Positions 40,764 to 51,951 of a DNA stretch of 64,000 nt are shown piece by piece. The notes beneath the pieces were generated by a model. It was not told the DNA's origin and did not search any database. It worked only from the letters and a program-made list of their open reading frames with translations. Source of the DNA: Chrysomallon squamiferum. Taxonomy: Eukaryota; Animalia; Mollusca. Location: assembly GCA_012295275.1 (NCBI GenBank), contig CM022672.1, positions 5,146,001 to 5,210,000 on the forward strand, in the 5' to 3' direction. Both the position numbers and the translations under genes were made by a program. Within the stretch, counting starts at the first letter, position 1. Every line of letters starts with the position of its first letter.

Positions 40764-43167
40764 TATACACACAAACACACACAGTTGTAGGTAGGCATAC
40801 ACATACATTCTCTCTCTCTCTATCTCACACACACAGACACACAAAAAATCACACCCAGATAATTAAATTTGAATAATTCACAATCTATGCAGAGATGTCC
40901 CTATTGTAATATTCCTGTAAAATGTATTTCATCATGTTGTGATATTACAGAGAATATTACTTCATTTTACTGAACGTAAAAATGTACACCTCACACATTA
41001 TGTAACGGTTGTTTATTTTTAGTGTGATCCATTTTAGAATTTGTGATGTAGTTGACGTTGTTCATGTTGCTGCTGCTGGACCCAGCACAACCCGAGCACG
41101 AACAATCCAAACTTCCAGCATTGAAAACCTCGTAGAGACCGTCCCGGAACTCCTTGCTCATGATCAGGTAAATAAAGAACTTCATGAACGAGTTGCAGAT
41201 TCCAAGCCACATGAAGTAGAAATGAAGTAGAGGGGGATGTATGCGTTGTAGTTGTGTGAAACTTCGTACAGGCGAAGTACGCAAAATGGTGTCCAGCTGA
41301 TGGTGTACACCACCGAGACGACCATGTTGATGTGGTAGTTCCAGGGCCGTGTGGCGCGGTCTGTGAACACTCGCTGGTAAATGTTCAGCCGGTTTCTGTA
41401 GGACTTGGTAAAGAGGTAAAAGTTTGTGAAGATGAGGGTGAGGACACAGGGAATTGTCACCAGGGAGCCTGCGGTGAGAAAATAGAATCTCTGTGGTTTA
41501 GCATCAATCACGCAGATGAAGGCTTCGGCGTAGTATCTGGCTTTTTTCAGAGAGAAGAGTGGAGGGCAGGAGAAACAGATGGCGGCAATCCAGGCGAAGG
41601 TAACCCAGCAGGCAGACCTTGGCGCTGACATCACCACTTTGTACCGTTCCGGCTTCCGAATTGCAACATAGTGATCAACGTTCATCCACGTCAGAGAATA
41701 GAGTCCTGCTATGAGAAATATCGCTGTTAGGTATCCTTCGATGTAGCAGAAGGCGTTGCTGTTGAAGACCCACTTGTTGTACAGAGAGTTGAACACGGAG
41801 AACGGAGTGACAAGTAAACCCATGAAGAGGTCTGCGGCGATCATGGAGAAAAGGAAGCAGCGGTTGACGTTTCTGAACGAGTGAGTCCAGCAGGCGACCA
41901 TCAACATGAGACAGTTGAGTGTGACTATCAACAGCGTAATCACAATTGTTAGAAACGTCTCAAAGGTAAACACAACTTCGGCCATCTTGAAAAATTATTT
42001 CACTTTCGAATGTGTCAAAGACGATCTTTTTAAAGAAAGTTTGTGTTTTTTAAATTTGTGCAAAATATTTTACATTCTTAAAAATTACATTATTTTACTA
42101 TGTTTGAAAAAAAAATTGTATTGTTTTAATAAACAATCATACAATAATATTTAAAATCTGAAATCAAATTTAGTGCCACAGCTTTTTCTGAAGGTGAAAC
42201 AAGACCCACTGACAGAAACCACATTTCACTATTATAGTGAGTTATAAAGTCTGCACCGAAAATCTTTATTTAAATCATCTTCTTTATTTCATCAGTGAGT
42301 AATTGAAATTAAGTTCATCTGCAAATCATCTCTGATATTTGGAATTTTCCATCTTCTTGCAGAAAGCTGATGAAAGTCTTCAATCCTTCCAGCAACAGTG
42401 AACATATTTAAATCATTTCAACACTCGACCAATCTGCTCTTGAGTTCATTAAATACTCTCTTTTATCTCTTCTTGCTTAAAAAAAAATCATGACATTTAA
42501 AAGCAATTAAATAAGATTTCTAGTTTTGTCTGACTGGTTTTAATTTTTATTTTATTTTATTGATTTACTGGTTTTTATTTCTAGTGTTTAAATAGAGTTG
42601 TTCACACAAGATAATTTAAAAATGTGGTATGAAAACTGATTCATACTGAGATCAATTTATTTATTTATTTATTTATTATTTGTTATTTTTTATTTATTAT
42701 ATTTATTTTATTATTATTATTATTATTATTTTTTATTATTTTTTATTTTATTATTATTATTATTATGGAGAGGTTGTGTTTGTATCCATAACAGATAATT
42801 ATAAATTTGTTTTTTGCACAAGTTCAGAATGACTGATTTTGTCCATAGCTGTTTACATTACAAAATTTTAATTTTGTTTTGTTTTGTTGATAGGTTCATC
42901 CTGAAACTGATATTTTGTATATATAGTCCTAAAAGTTGGTTTGTGAATTTAACAAAAGATTAAATTTTTCTGATTATATCAGATACTTTAAAATATTTAT
43001 TATCACTGGTTCTCTATGAGAAAGATTTTTTTGTGCATTAATTCACTAAATAATTTTTTTTTTTTTCTTAAATATTTAAAAAAGATTTTGTGACTTTCCT
43101 TACTTATATAATTACTATTATTTTTATTATTATTATTATTTTTATTTTTTTTTTTTTTTTATTGTTG

Positions 43168-43204
<37 letters not shown>

Positions 43205-44887
43205 GTTTATTATTTTTTTAATATTATTATTTTTTTTTTTTATTATTGTTATTTTTTATTATTATTATTATATTGTTTTTTTATATTTTATTCTCCTTAT
43301 TTTTGTGTGCATGAATTTTTCCACAATGAGATTGATTTTCTGCGTATTTCATCACACACTAACTTGGTTTGTGGAGATTGATTCTCATCCAGCACTGAAC
43401 TGTCTGCGGATAGCAGACGTCAATCCAGCAGAATTATAACCAAACACCCAACACTTGAACGCAGAAACCTGACGTAAATGATAATCACAGCTGTACAGCA
43501 GCAACGACAAACAGAAAGGTGCTCGATTCTCACTGAGGATTCTGAAATAAAAAATATAATAAATAATTTAACATTTGTGTTCTTTTCAAAAAAACACGAA
43601 ATAATCAGTCATTTTATGACGTGTTTTATAGCAATGCTGTTATAAAACGTTTTCACGTTATCATCCATCCTCATCTAACTCACGGTGAATACAAAATTAA
43701 TTCAAAAACATTTGCCAGTCCAAGGATTCTTTTCGGTTTGTTTTCTTCTGTAATTATTTATGATTTCTGCAACCATATTGGATATAAAGTATCTATAAAT
43801 AACTGATATCTGTTATTTCACAAAATAAATGAAAACGTAATTGATTTTTCAGTAAAATAAATTTAGTCTCTTTGCATAGCCTGACTAACTGATTGACTAT
43901 GTGTTTCCTTTGGGTAAATACAATCTTATAAAAACATTATCAGATAATTGAACTATCGACAGATATATTTTTGTCTTCTTCGGTCCAATGAACATAATAT
44001 AATACAAAGCTTGTGGATGGTTTTAAGGTAACCAGATAAAATATTCAAATAACACTGATAATTTAATATTTAACAAATTCATTCAATGGCTGTTTGTTTA
44101 ATATGTTGTCACATACAAGCTATTTGTATAATGATGATGTGAGAGATACATGATGTTGCTGCTGTAGCATGAGATATTTATCAGTTAGCAGTAAGAAAGT
44201 GTTAAATATGTACCTTCCCAAAGGCTGGAAAATTTATTGTAATTGAGTCTGTTGACACTCTGATGAAGACTGATAATAAAGATTTATTTTCTAAACACTG
44301 AGCTTTTGACTGTTACAAGAGCAAGTTGAAAAACTGTTAAGGAAAGCCAAAAAAAATTAAAAATAAAAATAAATAATAATAATAATAATCTTGTCCCTTC
44401 AATGTTTTAGTATAATCCAAAGAGAAGTGATAAAATAACAAACTAAATACTTCTTCCTACTTCTCACTGAAATCAAACAACTGCTGGCCTTAAGTAACAA
44501 ACAGTGCCTGCAAGAAAAGAGAGTTTCACTAACTCAAAGTGACAGATGAAGTTGTATCTGATCAGAAAGTCCAGGATGCTAACAGAGTCTCTGTTACTGA
44601 TAAAACACAGGTTAAAAACAAACAACAGAAAAACAGTATGTATTGTGTACTTGCAGCCATACATCAAATACATTTTGTACACCTACAAAATATTAATTTT
44701 TGCTGTTACTGGAATGTTATAAGAAATTGTAAAAAGAGCCTATTTTTGTTAATCAAAAGACTATGAGTAGCAAGGTTTATTTTAATCAAGTAACAAGTAA
44801 AGTACATGAATCATCAATTAATTTAAGATAACTGCATTTCTCCTGAATATTATTGTAATATTCTCAAAAATATATATATATGTATAA

Positions 44888-44979
<92 letters not shown>

Positions 44980-47900
44980 ATTATATATACTTTTTTTCTT
45001 TTTTTGCATTTATTTATTTATTTTACCCCTATAATATAACAAAATCTGTTATTTATCCCAAATCTCTTCCATTACAATCTTATCTTCCCAGATCATTTTT
45101 ATCTTTATTATTATTTCTTTTTCTTTTTTCACACTACTTTCAATGTTGCTATGTAGTCTAAGACAACAGACTGTCCCTACAAGCATGGTAAGTGTATTAG
45201 TTAATTAGCAGATGAAGAGTCTGTGTTGTGTGTTTGAAACCACACTCAGTGTTTGGCAGATGAACGCTGCGTGATAGAGCCACTGGCACCCAGGCTAATG
45301 AAATTGTGTTAGAGTGTGTCAAAGAAACAGGCTCTGCTTCAGCCATTTGGTTACACATGAAGCATTTGAAGAAACTACTGAAGAATTTCTTCTTTTATCA
45401 TATATATAAGAAAAAAAAAAATTCTTCAGTAATTTCTTCAAATGAACATAATAATGTATATATATAAGAAAAGAAAAAATTCTTCAGTAATTTCTTCAAA
45501 TGAACATAATAATGTATATATATAAGAAAAGAAAAAATTCTTCAGTAATTTCTTCAAATGAACATAATAATGTATATATATAAGAAAAGAAAAAATTCTT
45601 CAGTAATTTCTTCAAATGAACATAATAATATATATATATAAGAAAAGAAAAAATTCTTCAGTAGTTTCTTCAAATGAACATAATAATATATATATATAAT
45701 AAAAGAAAAAATTCTTCAGTAGTTTCTTCAAATGCTTCATTTGTAACCAAATATATATATATACACACATATATATGTATATTTATTCATCATCATCATC
45801 ATTGTTATTATTTCTACTATTAATACTATTTTAACAGTTATTATTATTCATTATTATTTCTTATTAGTGTTTCTTATGCTACTATTGTTAATATTTCTAT
45901 ACTGCTAATGCTGTTGTTAATTGTTGTTGTTGTTGTTGTTGCTCTCTTTTATTATAATTGTTATTATTAAATTACTATTACCATCATCCCCATCTTCATT
46001 ATTATCATTATCATTGTCATCATTCTTATTTGGAATAAGTATTTATACAAAGAGCAATCAAAATCAACTATTTTAAATGAACATTCATTTTGATCTAACA
46101 AGCATTTGTGTTTCAGAGAACAGAAAATATGTAATAATTTATACATCTTCCCAAATACTTCTTACAGCAGCCACTATAATGAAATGATCCCCAGACATAT
46201 CTGATATAAAGCCTGATGACTTAACCACTATGAAGACTGGCAAGTTTAAAGCCAAAATTGATCCTAGGACCTACCTGTTATAAGCCTGATGACTTAACTG
46301 CTGTATCCATCAAAGTTAGTGGGTTCATTGCCAGTGTCATGAATTGATCCCAGGACCTACCTGGTTTAATGCTGATGCCTTAACCAATACACCAACCAAG
46401 CTAGCAAGCTTAACATCTGTGGAATAGATACTGACTGTATCATTGGCTGAGATCAGCATATCAAACACCTGACAGTAATCAAACGAGATCCAGGAAAGCA
46501 GTTATTATTTTCAGCATGATGAAACATGCACACACAAACCAATTATCAGGAAAACAAGTGACACAGTCACTCAAGTGTCGAGTTAACTCATCCAGTTACT
46601 TTGTTACACCTTCGCAGTCGCCATGGCAACTAATCAGCTACAAGTACAATTACTTGGAGGGAAAAACGAGCAAACCAATAACTATGTGGGCTGATGTGTG
46701 GTTAATGGGTGTGTTGTTGGTTTTGAGATAATAAAAGCAATTTTAGAAGTACTGTTTTCTCATGAATTACTGGAATCTTTTTGGTTTTTGTTATTTTTTT
46801 TTTTTAAACTTTAATCATTCTTTTTTTAATGAGTTAATGTACTGAGATAGCAAAAAAAAACAAATGGTGTTCAATATGTCACCATAAGTCCTAAAACATT
46901 TTTATTATTTTTAATTTTTTTTTTTTTTTTTTTTAAATCTATCCCAGTATAAATGCTTTTATTCACAGAATTAGTTATGCCTTTAAAAGCTGTCCCAGTG
47001 CCACTGCATTTATTCACACAATGAGCTCCATTTCATGTAATCACACCCAAGAGAGACCAGACTAAACCATAAAACTGAATGGACGTAAATTAAATTGTCT
47101 GAAATGTGGAAATTACTTTACTGTCACTGCACATCACATCAGACAGTGAGTTTGATGTCTGCTTGGGTGTTTTTTTCTGTGAATAAAGGATAATTTTAAT
47201 ATTTTTTTTCTTTATTATATTTTAATATATTATTATTATTATTATTGTTTTTTATTAAGGTCCAGGCAATTAGTATACCAGCATGTTTATTCATAATAAA
47301 AGGCACTATAAACTTTATAAAATATTTAGTTGAAAAAGAGGAATATCTATATATATCCAATTTGTTCTGTCATTCTAATTTATTTTTTTCATTCTACAGA
47401 AAAACGTATTTTTATTTTAATTTTTTTTAATTTTATAAAGCTGATAAATTATTGCTTCAAGTTTAGAATATAACAGAAGCACAGTACTGATTTGTGAATC
47501 ATCTAAAATTTACAATGTTTTTTATTGCCTGTTATTATTGTACAATTGGTGTTGTTACTGTTGCTGCTGATGCTGCTATGTTATCTCTGATTTAGTGCTT
47601 GCCTCTCAACTGTTTTCAATGACTGTAAGTAACAAAAAGTTACATTTACTAGATAAGCTTAGTGACAGAGCTCAAATATCTATTTCTACTCTAGCTATTC
47701 TACTATCTGTACAGCTGTTTCTCTTCTAGATATTTATGATACTTATATAGCTATTTCTATTCTACATATTTCAATATTTACACAACTATTTCTAGTCTAG
47801 ATATTTGTAATACTTATATAGCTATTTCTATTCTAGACTTTTCAATATTTATACAGCTGTTTCTATACTAGATATTTTAGTCTCTGTAAATAACTGTTCA

Positions 47901-49720
47901 TGGTCTAGATATTTACTGTTTGAAAAGCTGTTTCTATTCCAGACATTTTAGTTCCTATTTATATTCTAAAATTTACAAAGCTGTTTCTGTTGAGAACATA
48001 TTGAAATACATGCAGCTGTAACTCTTAGATACGACATCTACTACTGACCTTTACATGGAAGCTCTAACTCATGTAGAAATTATAATTCTAAAGAGCTCTT
48101 TAAAATCTACAACATTCTATCTGTATCCATTTATATATATATATAAACTACAGATATTATAGATGTTATAATTCTAAACATCTACTTACATCATGTAACT
48201 CATGATGTAGATATCGTAATTCTAAAAAGCTATTCCTGTTCAATGTCAACTTACATCAACACACTGTTACTATTCTAGACCTAACCTAACTTTTCTGTTT
48301 ACAATCTTTGTACGTCTGTATCTTTGAACTGCTGCTACTAATAATAAAAGGTAAAGCTGGTACCATCACAGACTAAACACTTATCTGAAATGATATCAGT
48401 GTGTTTCTTGCTGGTTCACTTGAGAAGTGATTTACAAGATGTTCTCATGGGTATTTCAGTGAATTGCATACTCAATAGTCAGTGCTGACAGATATCAGCT
48501 GCATGTATATTTCAAACAGATGTCTGTACTAGCATGAAAAACAAAAACTGAAAAAACAATAGGATGAAGTCATAGATAAAAACAAATGTTCTTTATCAGT
48601 CTCATAAAACACAGAAAAATAAAATGGCAGTGCACTGGTTATCAGAGAAAGATGGAAAGATGAAGTGAGAGGGATGGATAGAAAAAACAGGGAGAAAGGC
48701 AGAGAAAGTGAAAGTGAATGAGGCAGATACACACAGAGAGAATGATGATGGGAAAACACACACACACACACACACAAACAGACAGATTTTTTTTCGTTTT
48801 TTCTTTCTACCGTAAAGGTTTCTTTAAATCAACAAATAAAAATAGATCTAAAAAGGGAATATGTAACAAAAAAGATATAATTTAACTTTATTTACACAAT
48901 TTACTTTTATTACATAAAACATTTTATTTCTGCTGATTGATAAGTAAAACTCAAAGAATGGCAGCTGTCTATTTCTCCTTTCACATCATCATTGTACATT
49001 ATAAAATCATTATAATTATAATATCTTATTAATATGATTTAGACAATATTTTACTTTATAGCAATATTCCTTTACCAAATCATACCTACTATAAAAATCA
49101 GAACACTTACAATAAAGCTTAATATTAAAAATATAACTTACCTAGTTAATATTCTTCACAGTGCAAATCTTCAAATTTCGCTTCTTAATAAATCCACATT
49201 TCTCTGTTCATGAGTGATATTTTTATTCACGGAAGACACAAATGTTAAAAAAGAAATGTCTTCTTCCTTGCACATCTTCCAAAACGTTGCCAGGATAAAA
49301 GCAGAGGAGTGGTATTTACTCCTTATGAAAACAAGCACATCACCTGTTTGTTGTGCTACTCACAGCTGATTGCTATCACACGCTCTCCGCATCTAACAAG
49401 GGTGCAGTGTTTTATAATGCTGGCTTGTACTATAAACCCCTGAATCACGTGGACATTAAGATGGGTCAGTTTCTGCTGGTGTCCATTCAGACAAATGCCC
49501 ACAGCACCACCAGTAAACAGTTAGCTTCAGGTTTTGAGCCCATTTTTCGTTAGTCACAGCTATCTATCAAATGTTGGCAAAACAACAACATAACTGATGT
49601 CAGTCTTGCTGGCTGGCTCTTCTGAAGCAACAGTTCCATGGGCAAAGTGCCATGCGGCTTAGTCTTTTAAGGCTTTTTCACCTCTCAATAAGAAGACTAT
49701 GAATAATAAAGATTTCATGT

Positions 49721-49755
<35 letters not shown>

Positions 49756-50138
49756 CTTTGTGGCATAGTCTTTTGAGACTTTTTCACCTCTCTGTAATTG
49801 GTTCAGAATTGATGATTTTTATTATGTTTCTGTTTTATATACATCAAAAAAAAAACATAAGTCATTTATTCATTTTGTACTATAATTTCTTTAGTAAGTA
49901 AGATAGGTGAATAATAAATATTAATATGAAGCAACAAATAATAAACATTTTACGATTAATATTAGGATTTATATCCAATATTATATCTGAATGTTTAATT
50001 CAGTACCATCAACTGAGAAAATCACTAAATAAATCTAGCATTACAAAGAAAGAGAAAAAAAATATATATTATTTTAAAACAATTTTTGTAAATTTTTGTA
50101 AATTCAAAATAATTGTTTTGCAAATACATTTTGTTTTG

Positions 50139-50175
<37 letters not shown>

Positions 50176-51920
50176 TAATAATTGTATATCATTTTTTCCA
50201 ATAATAAAGTATAAAAAAGTTATGAGGATACAAGAAAACCGTCATTTTCAACTTTCTTGTAAATTTAAATGACATGAACTGTAATATCAAAACAAAATAT
50301 TTTAAGTCTCAGTTCATCAGAAAAATTATGTAAAGAATAGGGTGATTTCCATAATATTCAAATGAAATTAAAACAGCAAACAGTATTAAGTGCTAAACCC
50401 TTATGTTACATGAAGATTGCCGTAACAGTAGAGGTAGGTCTAATATCCACTCTGTTAACATAATTTTATTACAGTGTCTGGAAATGTCACTGATAATAAT
50501 TCAAATGTAATTTAATTTAATTCACATATACCCAAATATATACCCAATTTAATTCACACTGGACACACACACACACACACAGTCACACACACATGCACAT
50601 ACATACCTACCTAATTTAAATGTTCTATATTCCATGAAGCTCAAGAGAATATACATGTAATTATATATAACTAAAAGTAACAGGTGTGTTGAGGTATAAC
50701 TGTGAAGTCTGGTAATTATTCTGTTGAAGTCTAGGAACTGAGACTCTAAGGAAACTGGTGGCGTACTTGAATTTAATTCATTAGATTTTCTATTCAAGCA
50801 GTCACTGATGCTTTTATGTCATTCTTGTTAACTGAATTAGATCATAAAACATAATAAAATACTATTTCCTTCTTCTTTTTGTATCTGAGGAGTTTCTTTC
50901 TGTATGTGTACATATACATATACATACATATACATGTATAAACATACATACCTACATACCTACCTACCTACCTACACACACACACATACATATATTGTAT
51001 CTTTAAATATATATTTTAAATATGGATATATTTATAAAAAGCAAAAAGCTAGATCACTATAATTTTGATATTTGATATCTAAAAAGTATAATTAAAATTG
51101 ATGTTAGCATTAAACATGCATTTTTATATTCCTGACTCACATGTTCTGCAAAAAGAAGCAAAGCTCCAAACTGCGGCGCTATGTCTTTCATGAAACCACT
51201 TGCTTCCCAGAATCCTGTAATATCCCCTTCATTACCAGTGTAAAGAAAAATAGGACCGTTACTCTGTCTGTCCCACCATTTGTCTGAAAAACAGAACAGT
51301 TTTCTTTTTCAGTTAGTGTGATATGGCAGAAGGATTTTCATGTGTAATAATAATGGCATTTCTATTTGTATGAATGTATGTTTGATATATATTGTCATAT
51401 TATTTGTTTTCATTAATTTTTTTATTAACAATCTGTTTCTACTTCTGTTATCATTACTTTGTGTGGCTATTTTCTAAAATAAACATTAATATCAGGTTGG
51501 ATTTCTCTCTCTGTCTGGGTCTCTTTGCCTCTTAGTCTTACAAGTTACCTAATTTCAAGTGATAGAATAATGCAGTTAAAACTGTTTAATATTATAAAAT
51601 TAATTAACTCGACAAGTTATTTTCTACGCACGCCACGTCAAAATGTATATATAATACAATGTACATAATACAATAAACTAGTATATGTTATAGTTAATTA
51701 TAATACGGTGTAACGTATATTAATTTAGAAATGAAATAAATTGTAAAGATATACCTGTAATAAGGTATCTTTGCTTATAAGTCTTGTTCCCAAAACTTAC
51801 AAAATTAAAATGATCTAAATATTGTTCGATGTATTTTTCTTCATAAGGCAACGGCTGGCAATACATATAAACACTATTTAATAGGATAACGAAAAGACAG
51901 ACTAAACGGTTGACCGCCAT
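25451..51920 (-). CDS. DPP7: Dipeptidyl peptidase 2/7 (S28 lysosomal serine peptidase), ~473 aa
   Basis: 11 exons: 51920-51755, 51283-51141, 30545-30382, 29823-29688, 29023-28936, 28360-28203, 27751-27569, 27451-27295, 26871-26807, 26426-26356, 25541-25451 (1422 nt, in phase). It has a signal peptide, QYLDHF, GPIFLYTGNEG, AEH|RFYGKSLP, the triad motifs GGSYGG / NGDLDPW / GAHHLDL, and the DPP7-type CADPTGCG. Intron 2 is 30546-51140. Confidence 0.93.
25975..26060. repeat. (AAAT)n microsatellite
   Basis: Directly visible. Confidence 0.9.
28003..28192 (-). pseudogene. Two decayed tandem copies of the 3' end plus donor of DPP7 exon 6 (pseudo-exon fragments)
   Basis: ttacag(t/a)gacaggattagcaggtaaactgaa occurs at ~28005, ~28114 and in the real exon edge at ~28199. 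One copy carries an in-frame TAA. Confidence 0.8.
29538..29625 (-). pseudogene. Decayed copy of the 3' half of DPP7 exon 4 with a dead donor
   Basis: It translates as SANAPLFNMDQNTDRNSNFKAVMQ, against AASAPIFMLDPSFDRSFFFKAVTQ in the real exon. The donor GTGAGT has become ATGAGT. Confidence 0.7.
31200..31625. repeat. Degenerate ~38-40-bp minisatellite
   Basis: Recurrent catgaatattcatttcagtgaaccaaaacag-like units. Confidence 0.7.
31845..32400. repeat. Degenerate AT-rich minisatellite
   Basis: Recurrent tatatcacaatatgctgatatatggtatattagtaca-like units. Confidence 0.65.
32740..34500. repeat. ~1.75-kb minisatellite, ~45 units: ACAAGTAAGTAGAGTCTGTGCTTAGTGT(AC)n (~42 bp) interleaved with ACAAGTAAGTAGAGTCTATGT(AC)n (~35 bp)
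   Basis: Directly visible. The ORF track shows repeated YTKHRLYLLVCVCV / TLSTDSTYLCVYVC translations. Confidence 0.95.
35655..35772. repeat. (GATA)n/(GACA)n microsatellite
   Basis: Directly visible. Confidence 0.9.
38254..38405 (+). repeat. ~150-bp dispersed direct repeat, copy 1 (copy 2 at 47843-47994)
   Basis: tctctgtaaataactgttcatg(t/g)tctagatatttactgtttgaaaagctgtttctattccagacat...aaaatttacaaagctgtttct is shared with few mismatches. Confidence 0.85.
40991..41985 (-). CDS. Orphan rhodopsin-class (class A) GPCR, GPR21/GPR52/GPR161-like; intronless CDS nested in DPP7 intron 2; one frameshift at ~41211-41236
   Basis: ORF 41985-41182 gives TM1-TM6 (TM1 LN, TM2 MIAADL, extracellular W..C, DHY in place of DRY, AIRKPERY, TM4 W..PPLF, TM6 SWTP). 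The overlapping ORF 41284-40991 gives TM7 and helix 8 (MWLGICNSFMKFFIY...SKEFRDGL) plus a Cys-containing tail. Start context aagATGGCC, with an in-frame TAA 12 nt upstream. Confidence 0.85.
44891..44974. repeat. (TG)n(AG)n compound microsatellite
   Basis: Directly visible. Confidence 0.9.
45345..45752. repeat. Foldback-like element: 44-bp inverted termini enclosing five 58-bp tandem repeats
   Basis: 45345-45388 (atttggttacacatgaagcatttgaagaaactactgaagaattt) is the reverse complement of 45709-45752 with one mismatch. attcttcagt recurs at 45421, 45479, 45537, 45595, 45653 and 45711. Confidence 0.85.
46180..46408 (-). mobile_element. Three tandem degenerate tRNA-like (SINE-head) units
   Basis: The best unit on the minus strand is gctagcttggttggtgtattggttaaggcatcagcattaaaccaggtaggtcctgggatcaattc, with A-box-like TGGTGTATTGG and B-box-like GGATCAATTC. 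Related units start at ~46181 and ~46254. Confidence 0.5.
46617..46630. promoter_or_regulatory. RFX X-box GTCGCCATGGCAAC
   Basis: 13 of 14 bases match the palindromic consensus GTTGCCATGGCAAC. It lies in a GC-richer island upstream of the GPCR ORF. Confidence 0.55.
47690..47994 (+). repeat. Degenerate ~36-bp tandem repeats ending in copy 2 of the 150-bp dispersed repeat
   Basis: gctatttctattctagatattt-like units. 47843-47994 matches 38254-38405. Confidence 0.8.
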
Positions 51921-51930
51921 TTTGTCTAAA

Positions 51931-51951
51931 GTCACATGACTATCACATGAT
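51931..51951. promoter_or_regulatory. Tandem CLEAR/M-box-like elements (GTCACATGAC, ATCACATGAT) at the DPP7 5' end
   Basis: Two adjacent TCACATGA motifs lie 11-31 bp upstream of the ATG of a lysosomal hydrolase. This is the MiT/TFE-type binding consensus. Confidence 0.55.

Noticed and set aside
41225-41240. Programmed -1 ribosomal frameshift in the GPCR
   Set aside because: There is no canonical X XXY YYZ slippery heptamer and no evident downstream structure. A sequencing error or small duplication is more parsimonious.
41009-41628. Plus-strand ORFs antisense to the GPCR
   Set aside because: They are shadow ORFs of a GC-richer coding strand with no recognisable motifs.
25451-51920. Assignment as PRCP (lysosomal Pro-X carboxypeptidase)
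   Set aside because: CADPTGCG, LPANPV and NGDLDPW fit DPP7 better.
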